A stretch of DNA of 64,000 bases. Origin: Minisyncoccota bacterium. GTDB lineage: Bacteria; Patescibacteriota; Minisyncoccia; Phycocordibacterales; Phycocordibacteraceae. Under the pieces are notes generated by a model. It had not been told where the DNA came from. It worked only from the letters and a program-made list of their open reading frames with translations, and did no database searches. The first letter of the stretch is position 1; each line of letters begins with the position of its first letter. The stretch covers positions 6,878 to 70,877 of the forward strand of contig JALHQL010000003.1 in assembly GCA_022841985.1 (NCBI GenBank). The letters run 5' to 3'. The position numbers and the translations under genes are program-made. This document shows positions 1-9,677 of this stretch, piece after piece.

Positions 1-177
1 GCCGCCGATGTGAAGGCAAATGCGGCCGTCTATCAAGAAATAATAGACGCCAATAAGACCGAAGCTCAGAAAGTCGGCATCAACGCAACACCTTCCTTTG
101 TCATTGACAAGCAGATGATTCAGGGAGCGTATCCATACGCGAATTTCAAAGCAGTGATAGACGAAGCTCTGAAGTAA
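1..177 (+). CDS. DsbA-family thioredoxin-fold protein, C-terminal part (5' end outside window)
   Basis: Frame 1 reads ...EAQKVGINATPSFVIDKQMIQGAYPYANFKAVIDEALK*, the cis-Pro TP motif and C-terminal pattern of DsbA-like proteins. Confidence 0.8.
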   Translation, partial: AADVKANAAVYQEIIDANKTEAQKVGINATPSFVIDKQMIQGAYPYANFKAVIDEALK

Positions 178-186
178 TCAGTAATG

Positions 187-225
187 CAATCGCAACACTC
201 CACACTCTGTGGAGTGTTGCGATTG
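187..225. terminator. 17-bp perfect hairpin, probable terminator
   Basis: caatcgcaacactccac-actct-gtggagtgttgcgattg just after the stop codon. Confidence 0.7.
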
Positions 226-239
226 TTATAATTATTCGT

Positions 240-686
240 ATGCGAATTCATGAATTAGGCCATGTCGTGCTGTATGTTACCGAGCTCACACGGATGGCAA
301 ATTTCTATGAAAAAGTACTCGGTTTCAACCAGATTTCTCATGAATGGCCCATGGCACTTTTCTCGGGCGGCCGAACGCACCATGAGCTCTTGCTTATTGA
401 GGTTGGCGGCAATCCCCACGGAGCAGAACGCGTTCATGAATTACGGCCCGGCCTCTACCATATTGGCTTCAAGATTGGTGACGGTCCTGACGCTGCAAAG
501 AAGGCATATCTCGAACTCAAAGAAAAAGGTGTACACATAATTGGCATGACTGACCACGCTGTGACTCATAGCATTTATATTCTAGATCCTGATGGTAATG
601 AGCTCGAGCTTTATGCCGACGTGAGCAACGATTGGAGGAAAAATCCAAAGGTAGTTCTTGCGCCGCCGAAGCCTCTGAGGTTTTAA
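240..686 (+). CDS. VOC/glyoxalase-family protein (catechol 2,3-dioxygenase-like)
   Basis: GHVVLYV...FYEKVLGF, GLYHIGF and YILDPDGNELEL motifs. Confidence 0.9.
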   Translation: MRIHELGHVVLYVTELTRMANFYEKVLGFNQISHEWPMALFSGGRTHHELLLIEVGGNPHGAERVHELRPGLYHIGFKIGDGPDAAKKAYLELKEKGVHIIGMTDHAVTHSIYILDPDGNELELYADVSNDWRKNPKVVLAPPKPLRF

Positions 687-707
687 ACACTGTAGTATGA
701 TGGGGGC

Positions 708-1451
708 ATGACTCTAACTTGGATTTATACGCTTAGCAGCGTCGGCGTAGTTAGCCTTATTTCGCTCATAAGTATTTTTGCTTTAGCAATTAAACAAGAA
801 CGTCTTCAGAGTATTCTTCTGTACCTCGTGAGTTTTTCTGCCGGCGCATTACTCGGGGATGTATTTATTCACATCCTTCCGGAAATCATGGGGGGAGAAT
901 CAGCTTTGCGAAACGGCATATACGTGCTCGTTGGAATCATGCTTTTCTTCGTATTGGAGCGCGTTCTTATGTGGCACCATTCGCATAGCTCCCATGACGA
1001 AAAAATACATTCAGTCGCGTACCTCACCATCATTGGGGATGCGCTTCATAACTTTCTCGATGGTATTGCTATTGCAGCAGCTTTCTTAATAAGTATTCCC
1101 GTTGGTATAGCTACAGCCACCGCAGTCATCTTTCATGAAATTCCTCAAGAAATAGGGCAATTTGCCGTATTAGTACATGGGGGGTGGAGTAGAACAAAAG
1201 CGCTGCTGTATAACTTTTTTTCAGCGCTCACCGCGATTCTTGGAGCATTGCTGGTGTTGTTTTTTGCCAAGAGTTTTGAAGAAGCTCCTGCGGTATTGTT
1301 AGGACTGAGTGCTGCAAGTTTCGTCTATATCGCAATGTCAGATTTGATTCCTGAATTGCAAAAAGAACCCCATATAGGTCGATTCGCCCTCCAGTTGGTG
1401 TGGATGACGGCTGGTATTGGAATTATGGCAGCCCTACTTTTGCTTGAATAA
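708..1451 (+). CDS. ZIP-family zinc/metal transporter
   Basis: Multi-TM protein with a His-rich loop, GDALHNFLDG and HEIPQEIG motifs. Confidence 0.93.
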   Translation: MTLTWIYTLSSVGVVSLISLISIFALAIKQERLQSILLYLVSFSAGALLGDVFIHILPEIMGGESALRNGIYVLVGIMLFFVLERVLMWHHSHSSHDEKIHSVAYLTIIGDALHNFLDGIAIAAAFLISIPVGIATATAVIFHEIPQEIGQFAVLVHGGWSRTKALLYNFFSALTAILGALLVLFFAKSFEEAPAVLLGLSAASFVYIAMSDLIPELQKEPHIGRFALQLVWMTAGIGIMAALLLLE

Positions 1452-1474
1452 AATCGGCGGCATATACTTTCAGT

Positions 1475-1819
1475 ATGAAAATATTTTTCCACTGGGTTAC
1501 TTCGACTATCGCGATCTTAATAGCGGCATACATTGTCCCAGGCGTCATGGTAACCCCTGTCGGTGCACTCGTTGCTGCTGTGATTCTTGGCGCGATCAAT
1601 CTTTTCATTCGTCCAATTCTTCTCATTCTGACGCTCCCGATAACCATCCTTACGCTTGGTCTCTTCTCGATCGTCATAAACGCGTTTATGGTCATGCTGA
1701 CATCGTATCTCGTGCCCGGGTTGATAATTATTGGTTTTTGGCCGGCATTTTTCTTCGCACTCGTACTCTCTGTCGTAAATTGGGTTTTCAATATCTGGAA
1801 CCGTCCGTACTATGATTGA
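1475..1819 (+). CDS. YvlD-like 4-TM membrane protein (often labelled phage holin family)
   Basis: NLFIRPILLILTLPITILTLGLFSIVINA signature. Confidence 0.88.
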   Translation: MKIFFHWVTSTIAILIAAYIVPGVMVTPVGALVAAVILGAINLFIRPILLILTLPITILTLGLFSIVINAFMVMLTSYLVPGLIIIGFWPAFFFALVLSVVNWVFNIWNRPYYD

Positions 1820-2021
1820 TCCTGAACTCTCCGCCAAGCTCGAAGAAATTTCTGCAAAAGCAGACCGTGCATATCGTGCTTCAGAAAGTGTCCGCAGATA
1901 TCTCTTTTGGACGGGCGTTATTACCCTCGCCCTTTTTGTATTACCACTCATCGGTCTCGCATTCGCACTTCCTCAATTTGTTAGCTCCTATGTCGCAACT
2001 CTAAACGGACTCGGTCTCTAG
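1812..2021 (+). CDS. Small single-TM hypothetical protein
   Basis: Overlaps the upstream stop; amphipathic N-terminus followed by a hydrophobic helix. Confidence 0.7.
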   Translation: MIDPELSAKLEEISAKADRAYRASESVRRYLFWTGVITLALFVLPLIGLAFALPQFVSSYVATLNGLGL

Positions 2022-2054
2022 CATTTACTTGACGATGAAGCCGCCAAGGGGATG

Positions 2055-2672
2055 CTAAACCCCTCGTTTGCCACGAGCGAGATTGGTAATAATAGGAAGA
2101 AAGGAGATGGCGATGATTACGAGCGCGATAGGGGCCACGTATTTCCAGCTATTTGGAATCACCGAGCCGAGAAGGAAACCAAAAAGCGTCATTCCTGTAC
2201 CCCATAAGATCGCACCGATAACGTTGTATGCAAGAAATTTCCTATAGGTCATAGAACCAGCGCCAGCAAGGATAGGCGCGATAGTACGTACGACGGGTAC
2301 AAATCGCGCAAGAATAATCGCCCGACCGCCATATTTCTGGTAAAAACGCTCAGTGCGTCTGAGATATTCTTGTTTGAAATACCATGAATCCTTACGGTCC
2401 TGGAGATGGTCTCCTACCTTTGCTCCAAACCAGTATCCAACCGAGTCGCCAAGTATCGCAGCGATCACAATGATCGTTATAAGAGGTCCTATAGAGAAAA
2501 AATTATTTGTCGCGAGAAGCCCTGCGACGAAAAGCAACGAGTCGCCGGGAAGGAACATGCCGACAAGAAGCCCGCTCTCAGCAAAAACGAGGAGGGCGAT
2601 ACCGATATAACCCCCTGTCTGCAGAATAGCAATCGGGTCGAGCTGTATACATGCCAAAAAGAAATTGATCAT
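2055..2672 (-). CDS. DedA/VTT-family membrane protein
   Basis: FAESGLLVGMFLPGDSLL and ARFVPVVRT motifs; start moved to ATG 2672 to avoid overlap with the divergent gene and to match a -10 box. Confidence 0.92.
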   Translation of the reverse strand: MINFFLACIQLDPIAILQTGGYIGIALLVFAESGLLVGMFLPGDSLLFVAGLLATNNFFSIGPLITIIVIAAILGDSVGYWFGAKVGDHLQDRKDSWYFKQEYLRRTERFYQKYGGRAIILARFVPVVRTIAPILAGAGSMTYRKFLAYNVIGAILWGTGMTLFGFLLGSVIPNSWKYVAPIALVIIAISFLPIITNLARGKRGV

Positions 2673-2680
2673 TCGGGTAC

Positions 2681-2688
2681 AGTATACT
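2681..2688. promoter_or_regulatory. Palindromic AGTATACT, putative bidirectional -10 element
   Basis: Reads TATACT on both strands, 7 nt before ATG 2696 (+) and 8 nt before ATG 2672 (-). Confidence 0.6.
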
Positions 2689-2695
2689 AGAACAA

Positions 2696-5458
2696 ATGGA
2701 ATCAGCACCAAAATTATCTACGCCAGAAGATGAGCTTGCGTATCTCCGCGAGCAGGTGATGCGCAAAGAGGCAGAGCTCGCGAAAGGCGGGACTCGCGAG
2801 CGAGTCAAGATTATTTCTGAACAGATACACGAACATGCTGCGGCTCCTTCCGAAATGCTTACAAACGGATATCGCATGAACGAAGCTTCTGTAAGCGGCG
2901 CTGCAGACCAAATACTTGCCGAACTCAATCTTGGCGGTAGTGAACAGGCTATCAAGAGCTTGCAGCAAACTATAGAAAAAAAGGGAATCAAGAATGCGCT
3001 TTCCGTACTTGAAAAACTGCACGATCCGCATGTCGCAGACGACTTCCATCGGTATCTTGTACGTTACGTAGCTGCCGGCCTGCTTGCTCCCGGATACGAT
3101 GAGAAGGCGCCTCGTTTCCAGGCACTTAAAATGACCTTGTATGAAATTGCGCTTCCGGGGCCGAAAAATGCGGAGACACATGACCGCACCAAAACGCTCA
3201 AAGAACTTATTTCCGGAATGGAACAATTCTATGCCGGCCTTCTTTCGGTTGAAGATGCAAACTTGGGCGAGCCTCACTACTATGCACTCGAACTCGCAGT
3301 GCCCGCTGATAGTCCCGAGCTCCAATTTTATGCTGCGGTGCCAAATGGGAAGCGAAACCTTTTTGAAAAACAGCTCCTCGCCATATTCCCCGACGCACAC
3401 CTCGTGCCACAACCATCTGACTACAATATTTTCGCTTCAGGCGGCGTTTCGCTCGCCTCGACTGCAACTTTTACAGAGAATCCAGCCTTGCCGCTTAAAG
3501 ATTACACCGACTTCGATTATGACCCTATCAATGCGATTACAAATGCGTTTGCCAAGATAGAACACACGGGTGAAGGCGCTGCACTCCAAATCATCATCGC
3601 TCCAAAGGGAGAGCGGCATGTGAAGCATTATCGAAAAATTCTTCAAGCTTTACGCAAGGGAGAAAAGCATTCTTCGGCATTTAGCATTCCAGACACGGCT
3701 TTAGGCGCCTTTGCGCGCGATATCGGGCGAACTCTTTTTTCAAACAAGCCGAAAGATGTGGTGAAAGCAAAAGAGGCCGAGACGCGCCAGATCGAGGCAA
3801 ACAAAGCGTACATTGAACAGGTAGAAAAGAAGATTGCGGCCCCTATTGTTGGCGTGACGTTGCGGCTAGTAACTTCCTCCAAGGATGAACACACTGCCGA
3901 ACAAGTGCTCGGCGAGCTTGAGGCGGCGTTTAACCAGTTCGCGAATACGCAAGGGAATCGATTCACATTTGCGCGCGCCGCTCCGCGGCGCGCGCAAGAA
4001 ATTCTCAATGATTTTTCCTTCCGTTTGCCGGACGCGGCGCGTACCCTCCCGTTGTCGCTTCGCGAACTCACGACTATATATCACTTTCCACCATCCGGCA
4101 TCGAGAGCTCTCCGCACTTGAAGCAGGCACGCTTCACACATGCTCCTGCACCTCTTTCGTTACCGCAGTCAGGGGTGCTTCTTGGTATCAATAACTACCG
4201 CGGACAAGAAACACATCTTCATCTCGCTCCAGAGGATCGTTTGCGGCATCTTTACATCATTGGTCAAACAGGTACCGGTAAAACCGGGCTTATGAAGTCG
4301 ATGATCGTGCAAGATATTAAAAATGGCGAAGGTTGCTGCTTTATTGATCCACACGGCTCCGATATCTTAGACATTCTTGCTGCGATACCTCCTGAGCGCT
4401 ACAAAGATATAATTTATTTTGATCCTGCAGATATTTCTCGTCCATTTGGTCTTAATTTTCTCGAGTATGATCTTTCGCGTCCCGAACAGAAAACGTTCAT
4501 TGTGAATGAGTTATTGATGATCTTCCGCAGACTCTACGGCGATGTACCGGAGTCTATGGGACCGGCTTTTGAACAATATTTTCGCAATGCAACTCTGCTC
4601 GTGATGGAGGATCCGACGAGTGGTTCAACGATACTCGATATCGCTCGGGTTCTTTCTAATAAAGAGTTTCGAGAACAGAAACTTGCGAAGAGCATGAATC
4701 CTGTTGTGAACCAATTTTGGAGCGAAATTGCGACAAAAGCTGGCGGCGATGCCGCTCTTGAAAATATCGTCCCGTACATTACGAATAAATTTGACGATTT
4801 CACTGCCAACGACTTTATCCGCCCGATTGTGGGGCAGCAAGAGTCTTCCTTTAAATTTCGCGAGGTCATGGACACAAAGAAAATTCTCCTTATCAATCTT
4901 TCTAAAGGCCGTCTTGGTGAGAAAAATGCGAATCTTCTTGGTCTTATCATTGTCGGGAAGCTCTTCATGGCAGCACTCTCTCGTGCAGATAATCCGCGAG
5001 CGCCGTATCCACCGTTTTATCTCTATATCGACGAGTTCCAAAACGTTACGACCGATTCTATCCCCGGGATTCTCTCCGAGGCACGCAAATACAAGCTCGC
5101 GCTTACGGTAGCGCATCAGTTCCTCACCCAGATAGAGGAGAAGACGCGCAATGCGGTGTTTGGCAACGTCGGGAATATGGCGGTCTTCCGTACTGGCGAA
5201 GAGGATGCGGAGTTCTTCGCTAAGCAATTCGCCCCTGTTTTCGAAGCGCTTGATTTCGTCAATATAGAAAACTACAATGCGTATGTGAAAATTCTCGCGA
5301 AAGGCATTCCTCAAAAACCTTTTGACATGAAAACGCCGCCCTTGCCTCAAACAAATCTGGCTCAGATAGATGATCTTATTCACCTCTCATCGCTCACGTA
5401 TGGTCGCGACCGTGCTACAGTCGAAAATATGATTCGCGAGCGCTATCTTTCGAAATAA
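2696..5458 (+). CDS. VirD4/TraG/HerA-like P-loop ATPase with a long N-terminal domain (CPR type)
   Basis: Walker A GQTGTGKT, FIDPHG, Walker B LYIDEFQN, SEARKY, AHQ and FGNVG motifs. Confidence 0.88.
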   Translation: MESAPKLSTPEDELAYLREQVMRKEAELAKGGTRERVKIISEQIHEHAAAPSEMLTNGYRMNEASVSGAADQILAELNLGGSEQAIKSLQQTIEKKGIKNALSVLEKLHDPHVADDFHRYLVRYVAAGLLAPGYDEKAPRFQALKMTLYEIALPGPKNAETHDRTKTLKELISGMEQFYAGLLSVEDANLGEPHYYALELAVPADSPELQFYAAVPNGKRNLFEKQLLAIFPDAHLVPQPSDYNIFASGGVSLASTATFTENPALPLKDYTDFDYDPINAITNAFAKIEHTGEGAALQIIIAPKGERHVKHYRKILQALRKGEKHSSAFSIPDTALGAFARDIGRTLFSNKPKDVVKAKEAETRQIEANKAYIEQVEKKIAAPIVGVTLRLVTSSKDEHTAEQVLGELEAAFNQFANTQGNRFTFARAAPRRAQEILNDFSFRLPDAARTLPLSLRELTTIYHFPPSGIESSPHLKQARFTHAPAPLSLPQSGVLLGINNYRGQETHLHLAPEDRLRHLYIIGQTGTGKTGLMKSMIVQDIKNGEGCCFIDPHGSDILDILAAIPPERYKDIIYFDPADISRPFGLNFLEYDLSRPEQKTFIVNELLMIFRRLYGDVPESMGPAFEQYFRNATLLVMEDPTSGSTILDIARVLSNKEFREQKLAKSMNPVVNQFWSEIATKAGGDAALENIVPYITNKFDDFTANDFIRPIVGQQESSFKFREVMDTKKILLINLSKGRLGEKNANLLGLIIVGKLFMAALSRADNPRAPYPPFYLYIDEFQNVTTDSIPGILSEARKYKLALTVAHQFLTQIEEKTRNAVFGNVGNMAVFRTGEEDAEFFAKQFAPVFEALDFVNIENYNAYVKILAKGIPQKPFDMKTPPLPQTNLAQIDDLIHLSSLTYGRDRATVENMIRERYLSK

Positions 5459-5461
5459 TCC

Positions 5462-8116
5462 ATGTCCGAAAAGCGGCCACGCGGGAAGAAAGCAGAATAT
5501 CCGGAATTCGATCCTAAGCCAGCTTTGGAAAAGCTCATTAATAAAGCATCAAAACCCTCCGGAAAGACAGCGGTAGAATCGAGTAGGGAAGCACATCAAG
5601 AAAAACAACCAGAAGCTCCAACTGAATCTCTGTCTGAGAAAGAACTTGAAAAACTCCTTCTGGACGCGGCTATTCGAAACATTGAGAGTCCAGATAGTTT
5701 TAAGGAAGTACTTAGGACGGTATTTGAGCGCACGGGTGGAATTTCTCCTGTTAATCTCGAAAGAATAAGAGCCTCCGCAAAACAGCATCTTGTCGGACCT
5801 GGTAATTATGATGAAGTTGAAAAATATATCAATGAGGAGGGATATAGATCGAAGGATCCCGTATCAAAGGAGCAGTCCAAAACTCCAGTTGAATCTCTAT
5901 CCAAGGAGCAATTGGGAAATCACATAATAAGTAGAGAAAACGATGCGTTTTTGCAGGAGTATCTTGGAAGATTTGATACTCTCAATTTCAAACCAGGATT
6001 TTTACCTGAAGAACTAGCTAAAGAGACAAATGATGCTCAACTTCAAATTTTTCTTAAAAAAATAAATGAGGAAAGAAAGCCTCTTGGAGTAACGTTTTTA
6101 AAATATATCAATGAACTGAGAGAGGCTGGCGCATCGCCTGAAGCAATTCAAACAATGATGGATGTAGCTGAAAAAAGGCTTGATACAGACATGTTTAAAA
6201 AACTGCAAGGCTTTGTTTACAATGAACAGGTGCATTACGAAGATAAAGAAAAAGGTAAAGAAGCAGTCGAAAAAAACGAAGTAGGACTCTCAAAGGGGGG
6301 TGTTGTCGCTGTCAGTCCAGAGTCAGGAGGCATTGTTCCAGAGAACCTTCCCCATGGTTCACCGGATGAGTTAGAAAAATTTGAAAAAGGCCTCATTGAA
6401 AGCGTGGGAAAATGGAAGAAAAAAAGAAATAAAATTGGTTCAAAAGAATCTCTCCAGGCGAATATGCCAATAGTTGCTGATGATCCTTCTATTGTTGATG
6501 CTGAATGGAGATCTGTATCGACACGGAGAATGGTAGAGGATGCTCGGGAGACTGTATCGTCTCCGCCACAGGATGAGCCCATCGTGTCACATACAGAAGT
6601 TCCCAAAGGTACTTTTTTTACTCCGGAGCAGGAAGAGCATCTATCAGGGGAGAGACATGAAGCATGGGAGCCTACGACACGCGCGGAGTTTATAGCGGAA
6701 TTACGTAATCTCATTTTCGGAGAAAGGAAGAGCAGAGGAAGTAATGAGCAGAACGAAGGACTAAAGACATATATTACAAAACGTTCGGAAGAATTGGGAG
6801 AAAAGGCGAAAGAATATGGTCCTATAGTCGCGGGATATATTGGTAATAAAATCGAGCGATACAATAAGTTGGGTTGGAAGACGAAGCTTGCTATCACCGG
6901 GGCTCTTGTGGCTGGAACCGCGCTTTCTGCAGGAGTTCCGGGAATTATCTCGGGAGGTTTTACTGCCGCCTTATGGAGCCAGCGTGCCATTGGAGCTATT
7001 GGCATGGGTATAAACAAGCGTAAAAAACTTGATGCCGAAATAGCCGCAAATCCGGAGCACAAACTTGCGGGGAAGTCTGAGTGGGAAAAAAATAAGCATG
7101 CAGCTTTGTACGCCACAGGATATATGTTGGCCACGTCAGGAGCCGTATACTTGGGCGTCGAAGGGTTAAAGGCGGCCGCAGAGAGCGAGTGGCTCGCCAA
7201 TATGCTCGGGCATCATTCAGATAGTTTAGAAATGTCTGAATCTTCAATCGAAGTTTTGCCGGACCCGACATCCGTACAAGAGTTAGATCCAACACTTTTT
7301 GCAGAAGAAAAAGGCAATGATCAATTGCGAATTCTTGCGGAGACTTCTTTAGCGAAACACTTGACGCCAAATGAGTGGGCTGTCCTCAATAATCATATAG
7401 CGAGCCTCACGCCTCGAGAGCGGTCTATTTTTGATCAGTTCACCACCGAATATTCAAACAAAATTAACGCTGGACAAGATGTTCCGGAACAAATTCTGAA
7501 CAATATGCCGGGTAATTCAGAAACACCCCCTCCCGATCTTTCTAGCCCAGAAGCGGCTACAATCGTTCCTGATACAGAGATTACAGAAAAATCTCTCGGC
7601 GCACAGTCGACAGATGCACCCTTCGGGTATGACCCTATTGATGGGCATGCTATGTCCGAACTGGAAGCTCAGAAGTTAGCTGATCTCAGGAACGCCATGC
7701 ACGAGGAAACCGCGAGAGAGGCGGGCGGAATGCCGCCTCGTCAGACGGAAGAAAAAGGATTTTTTGAAAAGCTCTTCGGTTCGTCTGACGAAAATCCGAC
7801 AGAGACAGTTGGTCAGTTCAGCATCGATTCTGTATCCGCGGCAGAACCACACATATATGCTGATGCGGACGGGCACTTATTCGCCCATGGCGGCTCAATC
7901 GAGGCTAGAATAGAGGAAATCCAAAAATTTCTCACTGAGAATCCAGATAAAATCGTATATGGCACAGATGACAATGGTCAATACCGGATTCCTTGGTATC
8001 TATATGAAGGTCGAGCACTCCCAAGTGAGCCGGTACGCACTAATGGCTTTTTCGGATTCGGGTCGGTGCTTATGGATGCGGCAAAGCCTGAAGAATTTGT
8101 AAAAAAGATTAAATAA
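5462..8116 (+). CDS. Large acidic hypothetical protein with a central hydrophobic segment
   Basis: 884-aa ORF starting 3 nt after the ATPase stop; Glu/Lys-rich with a hydrophobic stretch near aa 475-520. Confidence 0.8.
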   Translation: MSEKRPRGKKAEYPEFDPKPALEKLINKASKPSGKTAVESSREAHQEKQPEAPTESLSEKELEKLLLDAAIRNIESPDSFKEVLRTVFERTGGISPVNLERIRASAKQHLVGPGNYDEVEKYINEEGYRSKDPVSKEQSKTPVESLSKEQLGNHIISRENDAFLQEYLGRFDTLNFKPGFLPEELAKETNDAQLQIFLKKINEERKPLGVTFLKYINELREAGASPEAIQTMMDVAEKRLDTDMFKKLQGFVYNEQVHYEDKEKGKEAVEKNEVGLSKGGVVAVSPESGGIVPENLPHGSPDELEKFEKGLIESVGKWKKKRNKIGSKESLQANMPIVADDPSIVDAEWRSVSTRRMVEDARETVSSPPQDEPIVSHTEVPKGTFFTPEQEEHLSGERHEAWEPTTRAEFIAELRNLIFGERKSRGSNEQNEGLKTYITKRSEELGEKAKEYGPIVAGYIGNKIERYNKLGWKTKLAITGALVAGTALSAGVPGIISGGFTAALWSQRAIGAIGMGINKRKKLDAEIAANPEHKLAGKSEWEKNKHAALYATGYMLATSGAVYLGVEGLKAAAESEWLANMLGHHSDSLEMSESSIEVLPDPTSVQELDPTLFAEEKGNDQLRILAETSLAKHLTPNEWAVLNNHIASLTPRERSIFDQFTTEYSNKINAGQDVPEQILNNMPGNSETPPPDLSSPEAATIVPDTEITEKSLGAQSTDAPFGYDPIDGHAMSELEAQKLADLRNAMHEETAREAGGMPPRQTEEKGFFEKLFGSSDENPTETVGQFSIDSVSAAEPHIYADADGHLFAHGGSIEARIEEIQKFLTENPDKIVYGTDDNGQYRIPWYLYEGRALPSEPVRTNGFFGFGSVLMDAAKPEEFVKKIK

Positions 8117-8136
8117 CTCATGCTATGATTCCACCT

Positions 8137-8433
8137 ATGCAAGATGAAATGACCGCACTTATTGCTAAAGATCTCGGTATTAAAGATCTTCCTCTCGAAG
8201 AACAGCACTCTCTCATCGCGCAGTTCGGTGAGATAGCACTCAAAGCCGCCACCTTTGCGGTCGTAGGGAAACTTACCAATGATAAGCGAGATGAATTTGC
8301 GAAGCTTGCACAGGCGGGAGATCCAACTGCACTCAAGACATTCCTTGATCACGAAGTCCCCGGACATGAAAACATAGCAAAAGCCGCGGTTGCCGAAGAG
8401 GTAAAGCGGTTTAAGGCTTTTCAAGCCCCGTAG
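8137..8433 (+). CDS. Small helical hypothetical protein (CPR DUF5663-like)
   Basis: LGIKDLPLEEQ pattern; start set at ATG 8137, 7 nt after TGcTATGAT. Confidence 0.65.
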   Translation: MQDEMTALIAKDLGIKDLPLEEQHSLIAQFGEIALKAATFAVVGKLTNDKRDEFAKLAQAGDPTALKTFLDHEVPGHENIAKAAVAEEVKRFKAFQAP

Positions 8434-8464
8434 TATACTTGCCTTGTAATTATTATTTATTGAT

Positions 8465-8968
8465 ATGCAACCAACTCAAACCGGTATCGCCACTGCGCTT
8501 GCGCTCGTCGTCGTTATTACATTTTTCATTTTCCCGGGCCTCTTGCCTTTTAGGGCAGCAGCCCCTGCAAATGAGATGAACCCTGAAATTACCAATACTC
8601 AAACAGTACCTACTACTATGCCTACCGAAACTGAACTTAAAATAACTGATGAAATCGTGGGCACTGGTGCTGCTGCGGCAGCAGGTGACAGTGTGACGGT
8701 GCAGTATGTCGGATCACTCACAAACGGTGCTGTCTTTGATGCCTCTGCCAATCACGGAACCACTGGCTTCACCTTTACTCTCGGAGTGGGGCAGGTAATC
8801 CAGGGTTGGGATCAGGGTATAGTCGGTATGAAAGAAGGAGGGAAGCGCAAACTCGTTATTCCTGCATCGCTTGCATACGGCGATCGAGGAGCTGGAAACA
8901 TTATTCCGCCAGGTGCGACGCTTGTCTTTGTAGTGGAGCTGCTAAAGGTACAGAAGAGAGCTCGCTAA
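8465..8968 (+). CDS. FKBP-type peptidyl-prolyl isomerase with N-terminal membrane anchor
   Basis: VTVQYVGSL, FDAS, VIQGWDQG, GGKRKLVIP, LAYG and IPPGATLVF motifs. Confidence 0.95.
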   Translation: MQPTQTGIATALALVVVITFFIFPGLLPFRAAAPANEMNPEITNTQTVPTTMPTETELKITDEIVGTGAAAAAGDSVTVQYVGSLTNGAVFDASANHGTTGFTFTLGVGQVIQGWDQGIVGMKEGGKRKLVIPASLAYGDRGAGNIIPPGATLVFVVELLKVQKRAR

Positions 8969-8987
8969 GACAAATAGACAAAAGAAA

Positions 8988-9019
8988 ATGGGCGGGAGTC
9001 TTTCGAGACTCCCGCCCAT
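8988..9019. terminator. Hairpin terminator between convergent genes
   Basis: atgggcgggagtct-ttcg-agactcccgcccat. Confidence 0.8.
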
Positions 9020-9025
9020 GTTGTG

Positions 9026-9559
9026 TTATGGATACACACTCTCAATAATCGGTTGCACTTTATATGCCGGGAATCGGTGTAGCATTTCTCTGCCACAATT
9101 CTGGAAGGTATAATCCTTTCCAGAGAGAGTTATGGCTCCATACGGGATTCCGAATGCACCGCCTGCAGCTGCACCGTACGTACCGTACTGGCTCGCAATA
9201 GCCCCAGGAAAGGCAAGGGAACCCAGGTAGCCTCCCAAGAATCCTGATGCGGCGAAAATAGTAGCATCCCAGGTGAGTGTTACCAGATTGTGAGGATGTG
9301 TAATGCGCGTTAATTCTGCGCAAGCTTCCTCCACTCGGGAAACCGCCTCTAATTGTTTAGAGGTTGGACTTTCTCCGGATACGACGTAGCTTATTGCTGA
9401 GCCAAGTCGCGCCCATTTCGGAACGTAGTTTTGATGCGTTACAATTGTTGCTCTCTCGCCATCGGGCATGGTAAGCGGAATCAGCTTCCGCTCACCTTGA
9501 CTGGCACATCCAGAAACGAAAAGTGCCATTGCTAGAACCGGGCACGTTAGTCTCCGCAT
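9026..9559 (-). CDS. Putative lipoprotein with a glycine-zipper-like segment
   Basis: Lipobox-like FVSGC, GxxxG-rich hydrophobic helices, GGAGG Shine-Dalgarno, and upstream TTGACA-16-TATCAT on the minus strand. Confidence 0.7.
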   Translation of the reverse strand: MRRLTCPVLAMALFVSGCASQGERKLIPLTMPDGERATIVTHQNYVPKWARLGSAISYVVSGESPTSKQLEAVSRVEEACAELTRITHPHNLVTLTWDATIFAASGFLGGYLGSLAFPGAIASQYGTYGAAAGGAFGIPYGAITLSGKDYTFQNCGREMLHRFPAYKVQPIIESVYP

Positions 9560-9677
9560 TGGAACACCCCCTCCCTCTATGACTGGTTAATTATGTTGTG
9601 TACAAAATCCCCTGAGGAACATGATACAGGATAATCTGTATTTGTCAATACAGACCAGGTACGTTACTCTGGCATAC

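Noticed and set aside
1475-1819. Prophage, suggested by the holin-family label
   Set aside because: YvlD-like proteins are common chromosomal membrane proteins and no phage genes are adjacent.
6235-7200. Long antisense ORF (321 aa) and similar shadow ORFs
   Set aside because: They lie opposite better-supported genes and have Ser/Phe-rich antisense-type composition.
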